From Rhodanobacteraceae bacterium (lineage in GTDB: Bacteria; Pseudomonadota; Gammaproteobacteria; Xanthomonadales; Rhodanobacteraceae), in NCBI GenBank assembly GCA_035717365.1, contig DASTIS010000230.1, positions 11,923 through 75,922 of the forward strand: a stretch of 64,000 nucleotides of DNA. Reading direction: 5' to 3'. This document shows, one piece after another, positions 47,226 to 54,507 of this stretch. The notes below the pieces were generated by a model that had not been told where the DNA came from, did not search any database, and was given only the letters and a program-made list of their open reading frames with translations. The translations under genes were made by a program, and so were the position numbers. Position 1 is the stretch's first letter. Every line of letters begins with the position of its first letter.

Positions 47226-48533
47226 ATGGGATTCTTGTTGAGCAATCAGGTCCTCGCCTTGGCCGCAGCGCTGGCAGCGGGCGACCATGAACGAGTGCGC
47301 GCGCTGACACGGCGCCATCCGGCCGCGGCACGTGCCATGGCGCCGTTGTTGTCGGCGCGGGCGCAACGAGAGCGTGAAGATGCATTGTTGCAGGCCGTGG
47401 AGCAGCAGGGGCTGGTGCTCGGCGGAACGCGTACGTTGGGACAACGGGTACAGGAGTTGCAGACTCAGTTGGGCAGCGCGCGTCAACATGTCGACGTGTT
47501 GGCACAGGCTCGCGACGGAATTACGTCGATCCTTCAGCAAGCCCACGCCCCGTTGCAACAAGGCGTGGCCGGCGTCGACGAGGGTAGCCGCGGCATCCGC
47601 GAACTGGATGGCCGCTTGTGTCTGTTGCGCGGAACGTTGTCGGGGATGACCCGCACGCACGAACGCTTCAATGGGTTTTTCGAGGAGATCGCGCGCCTGA
47701 CCGCGGCGATCCAGGACATCGCGCACCAAACCAATCTGGTGGCCCTCAATGCCGCCATCGAGGCGGCGCGGGCCGGTGAATCGGGGCGGGGATTCGCCGT
47801 GGTTGCGGACGAAGTCAAGCAACTGGCCGAGAAGACCGCACAGACCACGGCGGAAATCGAGACCGTGACCGCAACCGTGGGTGAATTCTCGGGCGGCCTG
47901 GAAGAAACGATCGACGGCAGCCTGAAGCGGTTGGACCAGGCCAGCGCGGGCGCCGACGCGGTGCGTGTCGCACTCGAGGGGGCCGACCGGGCGCTGCAAC
48001 AAGCGCTTTCGCAGACTGAAGCCCTGCAGCAAGCCGGCGATGTCCTGGACAGCCAGGTACGCAGCGGGGGTGAAATGGTGGCCGCGCTGCAGCGCGGCCG
48101 CGACGAATGTGCGCGTCAGGTAGACGCGGTAGCGCATGCTGCGATCGCTGCCCAGCAATCCGCGCTGCAGGTCGTGGTGCGGCCGGACACGGCGGATGCC
48201 GCTACCGTCATCCAGGTGCTGCGCGAGTCCTGTGCCGCCCTGGGCCATAGCCTCGATCTGGTGGCGCGCGCGCCGTCGCGGGTGGACCGCCGCTGGCTGA
48301 GCGGGACGGCGTTGCGCACCTGCCTGACACGATTGCAGCGCAGCATGCCGATGCTGCCGGTGCTGGACACGATGCAGGAGAGCGTGCGGCGCCTGGAACA
48401 ATGCCGCGAGAAGCTGGACTCCGCGCTCGCCGACGGTGAAACCCAGCGTTGCGGAGAATTGGTTCCCGTAATGCAGGGCGACCTGGACGCGATCCAGAAA
48501 CAACTTGGCTTGGTGGTGGAAGCATGCGCGTGA
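47226..48533 (+). CDS. Methyl-accepting-chemotaxis-protein-like signalling protein without obvious transmembrane topology, with a Cys-rich C-terminal region of unknown family
   Basis: 435 aa. The hairpin-tip signature of MCP signalling domains is present: [46 protein letters not shown]. There is only one weakly hydrophobic N-terminal stretch ([18 protein letters not shown]). No HAMP domain is recognisable. The stop at 48531-48533 lies inside flgA. Confidence 0.85.
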   Translation: MGFLLSNQVLALAAALAAGDHERVRALTRRHPAAARAMAPLLSARAQREREDALLQAVEQQGLVLGGTRTLGQRVQELQTQLGSARQHVDVLAQARDGITSILQQAHAPLQQGVAGVDEGSRGIRELDGRLCLLRGTLSGMTRTHERFNGFFEEIARLTAAIQDIAHQTNLVALNAAIEAARAGESGRGFAVVADEVKQLAEKTAQTTAEIETVTATVGEFSGGLEETIDGSLKRLDQASAGADAVRVALEGADRALQQALSQTEALQQAGDVLDSQVRSGGEMVAALQRGRDECARQVDAVAHAAIAAQQSALQVVVRPDTADAATVIQVLRESCAALGHSLDLVARAPSRVDRRWLSGTALRTCLTRLQRSMPMLPVLDTMQESVRRLEQCREKLDSALADGETQRCGELVPVMQGDLDAIQKQLGLVVEACA

Positions 48534-49225
48534 GATGCGAGGCTGCCGTTTCTGCGGTGATGCTGCTGTTCGTGGCGGGGGGCGTCCAGGCCGTCACGCG
48601 GCAGCCGCTCGGCACCTTGCAATCGGCGGCCGTCGAAGCGGTGCGGCAAGCTGCGCCGACGGGGACGCGCGTCGTCGCCGAGGCGAATGAGCTGGATCCG
48701 CGCTTGCGGTTGCCGGCCTGCGCCGGCGCATTGCAGGCACAGGCGCCGGACCTCGGCCGTGGCGCTTCGCGCGTGTCGGTACAGGTATCGTGCAGCGCGG
48801 GCCAGAGCTGGAGCGTGCGCGTGCCGGTGCGCGTGCAACTGTTTCGCAAGGTCCTGGTGAGCAGCCACGGCCTGGCGCGCGGCGACGTCATCGGAGCCGG
48901 TGACGTGCATGCCGAAGAATATGATGTTGCCCGACTGGGTTACGGCTATCTCGTGGACCCTGCGAAGTTGTCCGGTCGTCGATTGCGACGCGCACTGACC
49001 ACCGACACGGTGATCACGCCGGGCATGCTGGCACCGCGCGAGGTTGTCCGGCGCGGCCAACAGGTGCGCCTGGTGGTGGACGCTGGCAGCATCCAGGTGA
49101 GCGCCGCGGGCATCGCCCTGCAGGCCGGCGACCGCGGTGACCTGGTGCGCGTCAAGAGCCTTAGCTGCCAGTGCGAGGTGCAGGGCAGGGTGGATGCGCC
49201 CGGTGTCGTGGGGGTTCTGCCATGA
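48524..49225 (+). CDS. flgA: P-ring assembly chaperone FlgA
   Basis: The ATG at 48524 gives [23 protein letters not shown] (signal peptide). The SAF/FlgA C-domain reads [10 protein letters not shown]...[23 protein letters not shown]...[11 protein letters not shown]. It overlaps the upstream ORF by 10 nt. Confidence 0.9.
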   Translation: MRVRCEAAVSAVMLLFVAGGVQAVTRQPLGTLQSAAVEAVRQAAPTGTRVVAEANELDPRLRLPACAGALQAQAPDLGRGASRVSVQVSCSAGQSWSVRVPVRVQLFRKVLVSSHGLARGDVIGAGDVHAEEYDVARLGYGYLVDPAKLSGRRLRRALTTDTVITPGMLAPREVVRRGQQVRLVVDAGSIQVSAAGIALQAGDRGDLVRVKSLSCQCEVQGRVDAPGVVGVLP

Positions 49226-49253
49226 TCACGATGGGCGACGTGAACGAGGTTGC

Positions 49254-49280
49254 TAAAGTTATTTCGACCGGGGTCGATAC
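49254..49280 (+). promoter_or_regulatory. Sigma-28 (FliA) promoter motif for flgMN
   Basis: The plus strand reads TAAAGTTA-TTTCGACCGGG-GTCGATAC, 36 nt upstream of the flgM ATG. Confidence 0.7.
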
Positions 49281-49316
49281 CCGGATGGAGTCGGCAGGAA
49301 TAATGCGAAGGCCATC

Positions 49317-49628
49317 ATGAATACGACGATCAATCCTGGCGGTCCCACGGTGCCGCAGCCATCCACGGCCGGCCCCCGGCCCGCCTCCAAAGGCGATGCC
49401 GATGGCAGTGTGTCCGGGCGGGCGCCGGCGCATCCGGCACAGGTCGATGACCGCGTGCAGTTGACCGAATCGGCACGCGCCATCGGCGCGGCTGCGCGGA
49501 ACAGGGACGCGCCGGTCGACACCCAGCGTGTCGAGCGGATCCGCCAGGCCGTCGCCGACGGCACTTACAAGGTGGACGCGCAACGCGTGGCCGACCGCCT
49601 GATCAGCCTCGAAAAGCAGATCGGCTGA
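49317..49628 (+). CDS. flgM: Anti-sigma-28 factor FlgM
   Basis: 103 aa. The N-terminus is disordered and Pro/Gly-rich. The C-terminus is VDTQRVERIRQAVADGTYKVDAQRVADRLISLEKQ, typical of FlgM. Confidence 0.92.
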   Translation: MNTTINPGGPTVPQPSTAGPRPASKGDADGSVSGRAPAHPAQVDDRVQLTESARAIGAAARNRDAPVDTQRVERIRQAVADGTYKVDAQRVADRLISLEKQIG

Positions 49629-49629
49629 C

Positions 49630-50073
49630 ATGCACGACGCTCGGCAATCGGAGCTCGCACAGGTGTGCGAACACGTCATGGTCGACATGCAGGCCGCGGT
49701 GGTCGAATTGCGTGCCGTGCTGGATGCCGAACGCGAGGCGCTTGAACGCCTCGACTCGCTGGCGCTCGATGCGGCGACCTCCGCCAAGGCCGAGCTGCTG
49801 CAGCGGCTGGAATCGCTCGACGCCGAACGCCGCCAGTTGGACGACGTGGCTTCGCGGGAGCGATCGTCCGACACGTTTCAGCACATTTGCGGGCAGCTCG
49901 AAGCCTGCCGGCACATCAATGAAATCAACGGCAGCATCGTCGAGCATCGGTTGCGCGACGTGCGCCAGGCGCTCGGGATCCTGCGCGGTTCCGGCGAAGG
50001 TTCTCCCGTCCTGTACGGTCCGGGTGGTCACGCACAAACGCATGCCGTCCCACGCCCGTTGTCGCAGGCCTGA
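49630..50073 (+). CDS. flgN: FlgK/FlgL export chaperone FlgN
   Basis: 147 aa helical protein immediately after flgM: LDAEREALERLD...AKAELLQRLESLDAERRQL...INGSIVEHRL. Confidence 0.85.
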   Translation: MHDARQSELAQVCEHVMVDMQAAVVELRAVLDAEREALERLDSLALDAATSAKAELLQRLESLDAERRQLDDVASRERSSDTFQHICGQLEACRHINEINGSIVEHRLRDVRQALGILRGSGEGSPVLYGPGGHAQTHAVPRPLSQA

Positions 50074-50092
50074 ACCCGAAGGCACGCAACGC

Positions 50093-51358
50093 ATGCCCAC
50101 CGCCCCCGCTCAGACCGACAGCCCTTTGGGCATCGAGGTAGACGTCCTCCCGTTCGTTCGCATGCCGATCGTCGATCGCGACGCGCAACTGGTCGCCTAT
50201 GACATCTGCCATCAGACCGGTGATGACGCCAATCTGGCGCAGGCGACGCTGCAACTGTTCGAACAGGGTTATCTGGACCTGCTTGCCGGTAACCGTCTTG
50301 CCTTCCTTGCGGTGGATGAGGAACTGCTGCGCGAACACAGGGCCGGGCTGAGATTCGACGAGCGCGTGGGACCGCGTGTGGATGCCCGACTCGCCGCTTG
50401 TAACGACGCCCATGCATTGCTCACGGGCATGGCCGAGCGCGGCGTGCCGGTGATGATTGACAATTTCGTGTGGCCCGATGGGGCGACCGAAGCTGTCACT
50501 CAACGTCTGCGGGAGCTGGTGCAGTTGGCACAGTGCGTCAGCATCGATGTGCGCGGGCACGACGAGTCGAGCCTGGTACGTGCAGTGGCCAGCTTGCGCG
50601 CCGCGGACAGGAACGTGGTTGCGACGGCTTCCTACCTCTACGAGCACCGCACCCAGCGTGCCTGCATGAACCTGGGCTTCGACGCTTTCGAAGGCTCCTA
50701 TCTGTTCAAGCCGGCGGAAGTGCAGCGGGTCGACACGCTGAAACCGAATCGTCTCAACCTGTTGCGCCTGCTGGCCGCGGTGCAGGATCCGGACAACGGT
50801 CCGGTCGAACTGGAAGAATTGATCCGCAATGATGTCGTGCTCAGCTACAAGTTGCTCAGCTGCGTCAATTCGGCCTACTTCGGACTGCCGCGCGAGTTGA
50901 AGTCGCTGCAGCAGGCGGCGGTCTATTTCGGCGTGACGCGCATCCGCAACTGGGTTTATTCGATGGCCATCGGCGACCTCGACGACGCGCCGCCGGAACT
51001 GCTGAAACAGGCCTTGCTGCGTGCGCGCATGGCGGAACTGCTGGGCCGCAACCTGCCGCCCGAGCAACGCGAAATGGCTTTCATCACGGGCCTGTTCTCG
51101 TTGCTGGACACCATCATGGGGTTGCCCATGGCCCGCGTGCTGTCGGACCTGCCGATGCCCGACCCGGTGCGCCACGCGCTGGTCGAGGGCGCCGGTCCTC
51201 TGGCTGCCGTGCTCAAGCGGATTCGTGGATGGGAAAGCGCCGATGTGTCGGCGGCCACCGATGGCGATGGGGGCGACGTCGATTTGGCCGACGCGTACCT
51301 GCGCTCGTTGGAGTGGGCCGAACACGTCTACAGCTTCGTGGAGCGCAAGGCAGCGTGA
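50093..51358 (+). CDS. EAL-like (apparently degenerate) plus HDOD domain signalling protein
   Basis: 421 aa from the ATG at 50093, 19 nt after flgN. The N-terminal half has an EAL-domain layout, but AYDICHQ replaces the (G)YE(L/A)L motif, MIDNFVWP replaces DDFG and SIDVRG replaces KID. The C-terminal half is HDOD: IRNDVVLSYKLLSCVNSAYFGLPRELKSLQQAAVYFGVTRIRNWV. Confidence 0.8.
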   Translation: MPTAPAQTDSPLGIEVDVLPFVRMPIVDRDAQLVAYDICHQTGDDANLAQATLQLFEQGYLDLLAGNRLAFLAVDEELLREHRAGLRFDERVGPRVDARLAACNDAHALLTGMAERGVPVMIDNFVWPDGATEAVTQRLRELVQLAQCVSIDVRGHDESSLVRAVASLRAADRNVVATASYLYEHRTQRACMNLGFDAFEGSYLFKPAEVQRVDTLKPNRLNLLRLLAAVQDPDNGPVELEELIRNDVVLSYKLLSCVNSAYFGLPRELKSLQQAAVYFGVTRIRNWVYSMAIGDLDDAPPELLKQALLRARMAELLGRNLPPEQREMAFITGLFSLLDTIMGLPMARVLSDLPMPDPVRHALVEGAGPLAAVLKRIRGWESADVSAATDGDGGDVDLADAYLRSLEWAEHVYSFVERKAA

Positions 51359-51381
51359 GGCGGGCACACGGGGTTGCCTCA

Positions 51382-51401
51382 GGGGCCACTTGGAAGTGGC
51401 C
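51382..51401 (+). terminator. Terminator-like hairpin after the flgMN/EAL-HDOD operon
   Basis: The arms are GGGCCACTT and AAGTGGCCC (about 7-8 bp usable stem with a small loop), 24 nt after the stop. The downstream T-tract is weak (GTTCGTGT). Confidence 0.4.
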
Positions 51402-51560
51402 CGCCGTTCGTGTGCATTGCCGCGACGCGGGTAACAGCGGGTCGCCCGTTGCGGGCCGGCGGATCTCGGACGCACGGATCCCTGCCACCCAATCCGGCCA
51501 CTCAACATCGTTGCGCCGTCCGCTGGCGGGATACCGCGCGCAAGTGTGCCCGACGGCACC

Positions 51561-51587
51561 TAAAGATTTCATCCGGGCTGCCGATGA
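51561..51587 (+). promoter_or_regulatory. Sigma-28 (FliA) promoter motif for the small secreted-protein gene
   Basis: The plus strand reads TAAAGATT-TCATCCGGGCT-GCCGATGA, 59 nt upstream of the ATG at 51647. Confidence 0.7.
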
Positions 51588-51596
51588 AAAGGGCAA

Positions 51597-51615
51597 CGCT
51601 CCTCCCGAAGGAGCG
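51597..51615 (+). other. Stem-loop at the predicted 5' end of the small-gene transcript
   Basis: The stem is CGCTCCT-CCCGA-AGGAGCG (7 bp, 5-nt loop), followed by CGCTGTTTCGTC. It begins about 10 nt after the sigma-28 -10 element. Confidence 0.45.
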
Positions 51616-51646
51616 CGCTGTTTCGTCAACATCCGGGAATCCCGTC

Positions 51647-52009
51647 ATGAAAAGAATCGTCGCCGCCGCCGCTATCCTCCTGCTGGCTCCCATTGTCGCC
51701 CATGCGGCTTGCACCCCCGCCAACTTCAAGCTGGCTTCCTTCGAAGTCAAAACCGGTGATGTCTCGAACCCGGTCATGCAGATGCCGGGCAAGTTGGTCA
51801 ACGATTGCAAGGAACCGGCCGCGGCGCAGCTGGAAATCCAGGCGAAGGCGGCTGACGGGTCCGTGGTGCAGGAGCGCAAGTTCTGGCCGGCCGGCACCGC
51901 CAACATTGCCCCCGGCGGCAGCGTGCATTTCGATGCGGGGCGAATGTTTCATTTCAAACCGTCGATGAAAACCTACGCGATCACCATCGTCGCGGTACGC
52001 AGTTGGTGA
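51647..52009 (+). CDS. Small secreted/periplasmic protein of unknown function
   Basis: 120 aa. The signal peptide is MKRIVAAAAILLLAPIVAHA|A. The mature protein is about 100 aa, beta-rich, with two Cys. I recognise no family. Earlier in-frame starts in the track ORF fall inside or upstream of the promoter motif. Confidence 0.7.
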   Translation: MKRIVAAAAILLLAPIVAHAACTPANFKLASFEVKTGDVSNPVMQMPGKLVNDCKEPAAAQLEIQAKAADGSVVQERKFWPAGTANIAPGGSVHFDAGRMFHFKPSMKTYAITIVAVRSW

Positions 52010-52074
52010 GCCGATAGTCCGGCCGTATGGTTGCGGCAGCGTTCGTTCCCACACCCTGTTTGCGCGAGTGGACA

Positions 52075-52118
52075 CCCCTCGCATGAGGGGACGGCCGGTG
52101 GCCGTGTCTTGCTGTTGT
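52075..52118 (+). terminator. Tandem hairpins plus a T-rich tract after the small secreted-protein gene
   Basis: The first hairpin is CCCCTC-GCAT-GAGGGG (52075-52090). The second is ACGGCC-GGT-GGCCGT (52091-52105), followed by GTCTTGCTGTTGT. Confidence 0.55.
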
Positions 52119-52211
52119 CCGGCCATCCCCGACGACCGCGCCGCCCCGGCGCATCGCCAACCCTGCCCCGCGCATGTGCAGCGATCGACGATGGTCACGA
52201 TACTCGAGGGT

Positions 52212-52478
52212 TCAGCGCAGGCGTTCGCCCGCGGCATAGACTCGCGACAATACGGCGGCCAGTGCCGCGTACAGTTCCGGCGGGATATCCGCGCGCACCC
52301 GGACTGCGGCCAGCAGTGCGGCGGTCGCGGGGTCGGGATGGCGCGGCAGCCCCATGCGTTCGGCCTGTTGCAACATTTGTTCGATTTCGTCGGCACCCAG
52401 GTCGGGACGCAGGGTCGCCTGCGCCGGCGCGGCATCGTCGCGGAAGCGCAATGTGACCGAGCGCGGGGGGGTGTTCAT
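52212..52478 (-). CDS. Free-standing FlhB C-terminal-domain-like protein (YlqH type; no TM region, no NPTH)
   Basis: 88 aa from the ATG at 52478 (ATGA overlap with the upstream stop). It aligns by eye with the post-NPTH part of the FlhB in this window: SVTLRFRDDAAP...GLPRHPDPATAALLAAVRVRADIPPELYAALAAVLSRVYA versus FAVALKYDDGMRAP...EVPLVSAPALARALYHTTRIGQEVPAALYVAVAQILAYVF. Confidence 0.8.
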   Translation of the reverse strand: MNTPPRSVTLRFRDDAAPAQATLRPDLGADEIEQMLQQAERMGLPRHPDPATAALLAAVRVRADIPPELYAALAAVLSRVYAAGERLR

Positions 52479-53641
52479 GCGCTGGCCTCCAGCAGTCGGC
52501 GCGCCAGGCCCGTGTGCCGCAACGGCGTGCCTTGGCGCACGCGCAGTTGCACCAACTGCAGGCCAGAACTCTCCAGCAGCCGCGCGAGGACCGAGGTCTG
52601 TTCCTCGAGTGCATGGACGGCGCCGTCGTGCTGCGCCCACAGGTCCACGTCCACCTTCACGCGGCGCAGCCGGATCTGGCCGTGGATCGCTCCAAGGCTC
52701 GGCAGCTCCAGGGTAAAGCCCAGGGTCCATTGCGGCGGGTTCATGCCCGGGTTGGCGGGGGCGTCCTGTTCGATGCGGATCTGCAATACATCGAATCCGT
52801 CGTCACCACGCACCGGGACCTCGAACATGCACGCCTGCGGTGACGCCGATGGATGGGCCTCGAGCTGCATGATCTCGATGCGCGACATTGCAGCCTGCAC
52901 ATGTTTCAGCATGCCGGTTGCCATGGTGAGCGCATCGGCTGCCGGGGGCGCCGGCAAACGCGCCTGGGGTCGCAATGGCAGGTCCAACAGTGGCGGTGGC
53001 GTTTCGGCGCCCGCGGGCGCCGTCGACACGCGCGCCTGCGGCAGCGGCTGCAGGGCTTGTGCGAGGCGTTGCAGCGCGGCCTTCAAGTCGTAGTCGATCT
53101 GCGTGGCCGGCAGCCGCGCTGGCGTTCGAACGTGCTGCAGCAGGGTGTGTTCCAGTTGCGTTCCGGCGCGCCGCACGGTGTCGCGCAATACGTCGGGGTC
53201 GAGGATGTCGTGGCGGTCGGTGATGGACGCCTCCAGGCGCGCCAGCGCCGCCCGAACCGGTTCCGGCAGTGAGCGCGCTCCTGGAGTGCCCGCCAGCGCA
53301 TGCATATCAGCCAGCAGAGGTTGCAGGCCACCCTGGTGCGGCAGGCGTGCGCGCAGGGCGGCCGCCGTTGCGGTGCTTTTGCCGGGCTGGCCGAGCAATT
53401 CCAACAGCGGTTGTGGACCGTTGCTCAGTACCCGTGCCTGAAAGTTGTGCGGTACCGGTCCGTTCGACGGCGGGTCGGCTTCGACGGTCTGCCCGTTGAT
53501 TTGCAGTATCAGGCGGGTTCCTTCGATCAGCTCCAGCACGCGACCCGACACCACCGACCCCACCGGCCACGGCCGGGGCAGTGTGCCCGCTGCCGCTGCC
53601 ACCCAATCGAGGGTCGCCAGTTGTATCGGTGGCACGCTCAC
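52475..53641 (-). CDS. FliK-like protein (C-terminal hook-length-control/Flg_hook-type domain)
   Basis: 388 aa from the GTG at 53641 (AAGGAG lies 7 nt upstream, downstream of a sigma-28 motif). The C-terminal segment LELPSLGAIHGQIRLRRVKVDVDLWAQHDGAVHALEEQTSVLARLLESSGLQLVQLRV parallels the FliK C-domain. The ATGs further upstream in the track ORF overlap the promoter. Confidence 0.75.
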   Translation of the reverse strand: MSVPPIQLATLDWVAAAAGTLPRPWPVGSVVSGRVLELIEGTRLILQINGQTVEADPPSNGPVPHNFQARVLSNGPQPLLELLGQPGKSTATAAALRARLPHQGGLQPLLADMHALAGTPGARSLPEPVRAALARLEASITDRHDILDPDVLRDTVRRAGTQLEHTLLQHVRTPARLPATQIDYDLKAALQRLAQALQPLPQARVSTAPAGAETPPPLLDLPLRPQARLPAPPAADALTMATGMLKHVQAAMSRIEIMQLEAHPSASPQACMFEVPVRGDDGFDVLQIRIEQDAPANPGMNPPQWTLGFTLELPSLGAIHGQIRLRRVKVDVDLWAQHDGAVHALEEQTSVLARLLESSGLQLVQLRVRQGTPLRHTGLARRLLEASA

Positions 53642-53667
53642 GCGCGAACTCCTTGATCTTTTGCGGG

Positions 53668-53694
53668 TTATCGGCCGCATTCGCATGAACTTGA
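53668..53694 (-). promoter_or_regulatory. Sigma-28 (FliA) promoter motif for the FliK-like/FlhB-C-like operon
   Basis: The minus strand reads TCAAGTTC-ATGCGAATGCG-GCCGATAA (the -10 is identical to the consensus), 26 nt upstream of the GTG at 53641. Confidence 0.75.
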
Positions 53695-53736
53695 ACCCGG
53701 GCGCACCTGGCCGTCGGCCGGTGGAGTGCGAGCGCC

Positions 53737-53763
53737 TCAAGTTGGGTCGGCGATGGCCGTTAC
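53737..53763 (+). promoter_or_regulatory. Sigma-28 (FliA) promoter motif for the STAS-che2 operon
   Basis: The plus strand reads TCAAGTTG-GGTCGGCGATG-GCCGTTAC, 29 nt upstream of the ATG at 53793. Confidence 0.55.
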
Positions 53764-53792
53764 ATCCTGTGCAAGAGACTAGCGGAGTCCGC

Positions 53793-54116
53793 ATGGCGAG
53801 CACGCGAAAACGGAAGTCCCCGCCCGGTTGTCGCGTTCAGCTGGGCGCGGAACTGGTGATCGGCGCCGCCGGCGAGCTCCATGCACAGCTCGGCGAGGCG
53901 CTGCCCCGGTCCGTGCCGGTAGTGCTCGACGCGGCGGCCGTCACGCGGCTCGATACCGCGGGCCTGCAACTGCTGCAGGCGTTCGTGCAGGCGCGCGACG
54001 AACGTGCGGGCGAATGGTGCTGGGAAAACGTCGGCGCGGTGCTGCGCGAGGCGGCCGCGGAACTTGGCATGGAACGGATGCTGAGACTTCCGGACGCGAC
54101 GGCGGCGATCAATTGA
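53793..54116 (+). CDS. STAS-domain protein (anti-sigma-factor-antagonist fold), first gene of chemotaxis cluster II
   Basis: 107 aa from the ATG at 53793 (GCGGAG RBS): VVLDAAAVTRLDTAGLQLLQAFVQ.... It has a DTAG motif rather than the phosphorylatable DSSG motif. Confidence 0.8.
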   Translation: MASTRKRKSPPGCRVQLGAELVIGAAGELHAQLGEALPRSVPVVLDAAAVTRLDTAGLQLLQAFVQARDERAGEWCWENVGAVLREAAAELGMERMLRLPDATAAIN

Positions 54117-54137
54117 CAGAAACCGAGGTTATTCGAC

Positions 54138-54500
54138 ATGGCAAAGATTCTTGCGGTGGACGATTCCGTTTCCATGCGCAACATGGTGTCTTTCACGCTG
54201 CGCGGCGTCGGCCACGAGGTGCACGAAGCGGCGGATGGCCAGGCGGCCCTGGACAAGGCCAAGGCCGGCCGTTTCGACCTGGTGCTGGCAGACGTCAACA
54301 TGCCGGTGATGGACGGCATCACGCTGACGCGCGAGTTGCGCGCGTTGCCTGCATTTGCCGGCGTGCCGATCCTGATCCTCACTACCGAATCCGATGGCGG
54401 GAAGAAGATGGAGGGCAAGGCCGCCGGCGCCACGGGGTGGCTGGTGAAGCCGTTCGACCCCGAACAACTGCTCGCCACGGTTGCGCGCGTGGCGGGTTGA
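54138..54500 (+). CDS. cheY: CheY-like response regulator (cluster II)
   Basis: 120 aa REC: KILAVDDSVSMRNMV...LVLADVNMPVMDGITL...ILTTES...GWLVKPF. Confidence 0.93.
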   Translation: MAKILAVDDSVSMRNMVSFTLRGVGHEVHEAADGQAALDKAKAGRFDLVLADVNMPVMDGITLTRELRALPAFAGVPILILTTESDGGKKMEGKAAGATGWLVKPFDPEQLLATVARVAG

Positions 54501-54507
54501 CGCCGTC

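Noticed and set aside
47004-48503. The N-terminal 500 codons of the 806-aa minus-strand ORF that ends as CheV.
   Set aside because: The plus strand here carries a clear MCP signalling-domain signature. CheV-type proteins are about 300 aa, and an ATG at 47003 gives a canonical CheV N-terminus preceded by a sigma-28 motif. The extension is antisense read-through.
48130-48533. A possible CZB (chemoreceptor zinc-binding) domain in the Cys-rich C-terminus of the soluble MCP-like protein.
   Set aside because: The Hxx(W/F/Y/L)...Cx(L/F/M/V/I)Gx(W/F/L/V/I)...HxxxH pattern does not fit. SCAALGH has an extra residue, and no HxxxH follows.
51374-51646. Upstream in-frame starts of the small secreted-protein ORF (for example ATG at 51584, giving MKRATLLPKE...), and likewise the ATG starts at 53803, 53686 and 53680 for the FliK-like ORF.
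   Set aside because: These ATGs fall inside or upstream of the near-consensus sigma-28 motifs. The downstream starts have a signal peptide (51647) or an AAGGAG RBS (53641).
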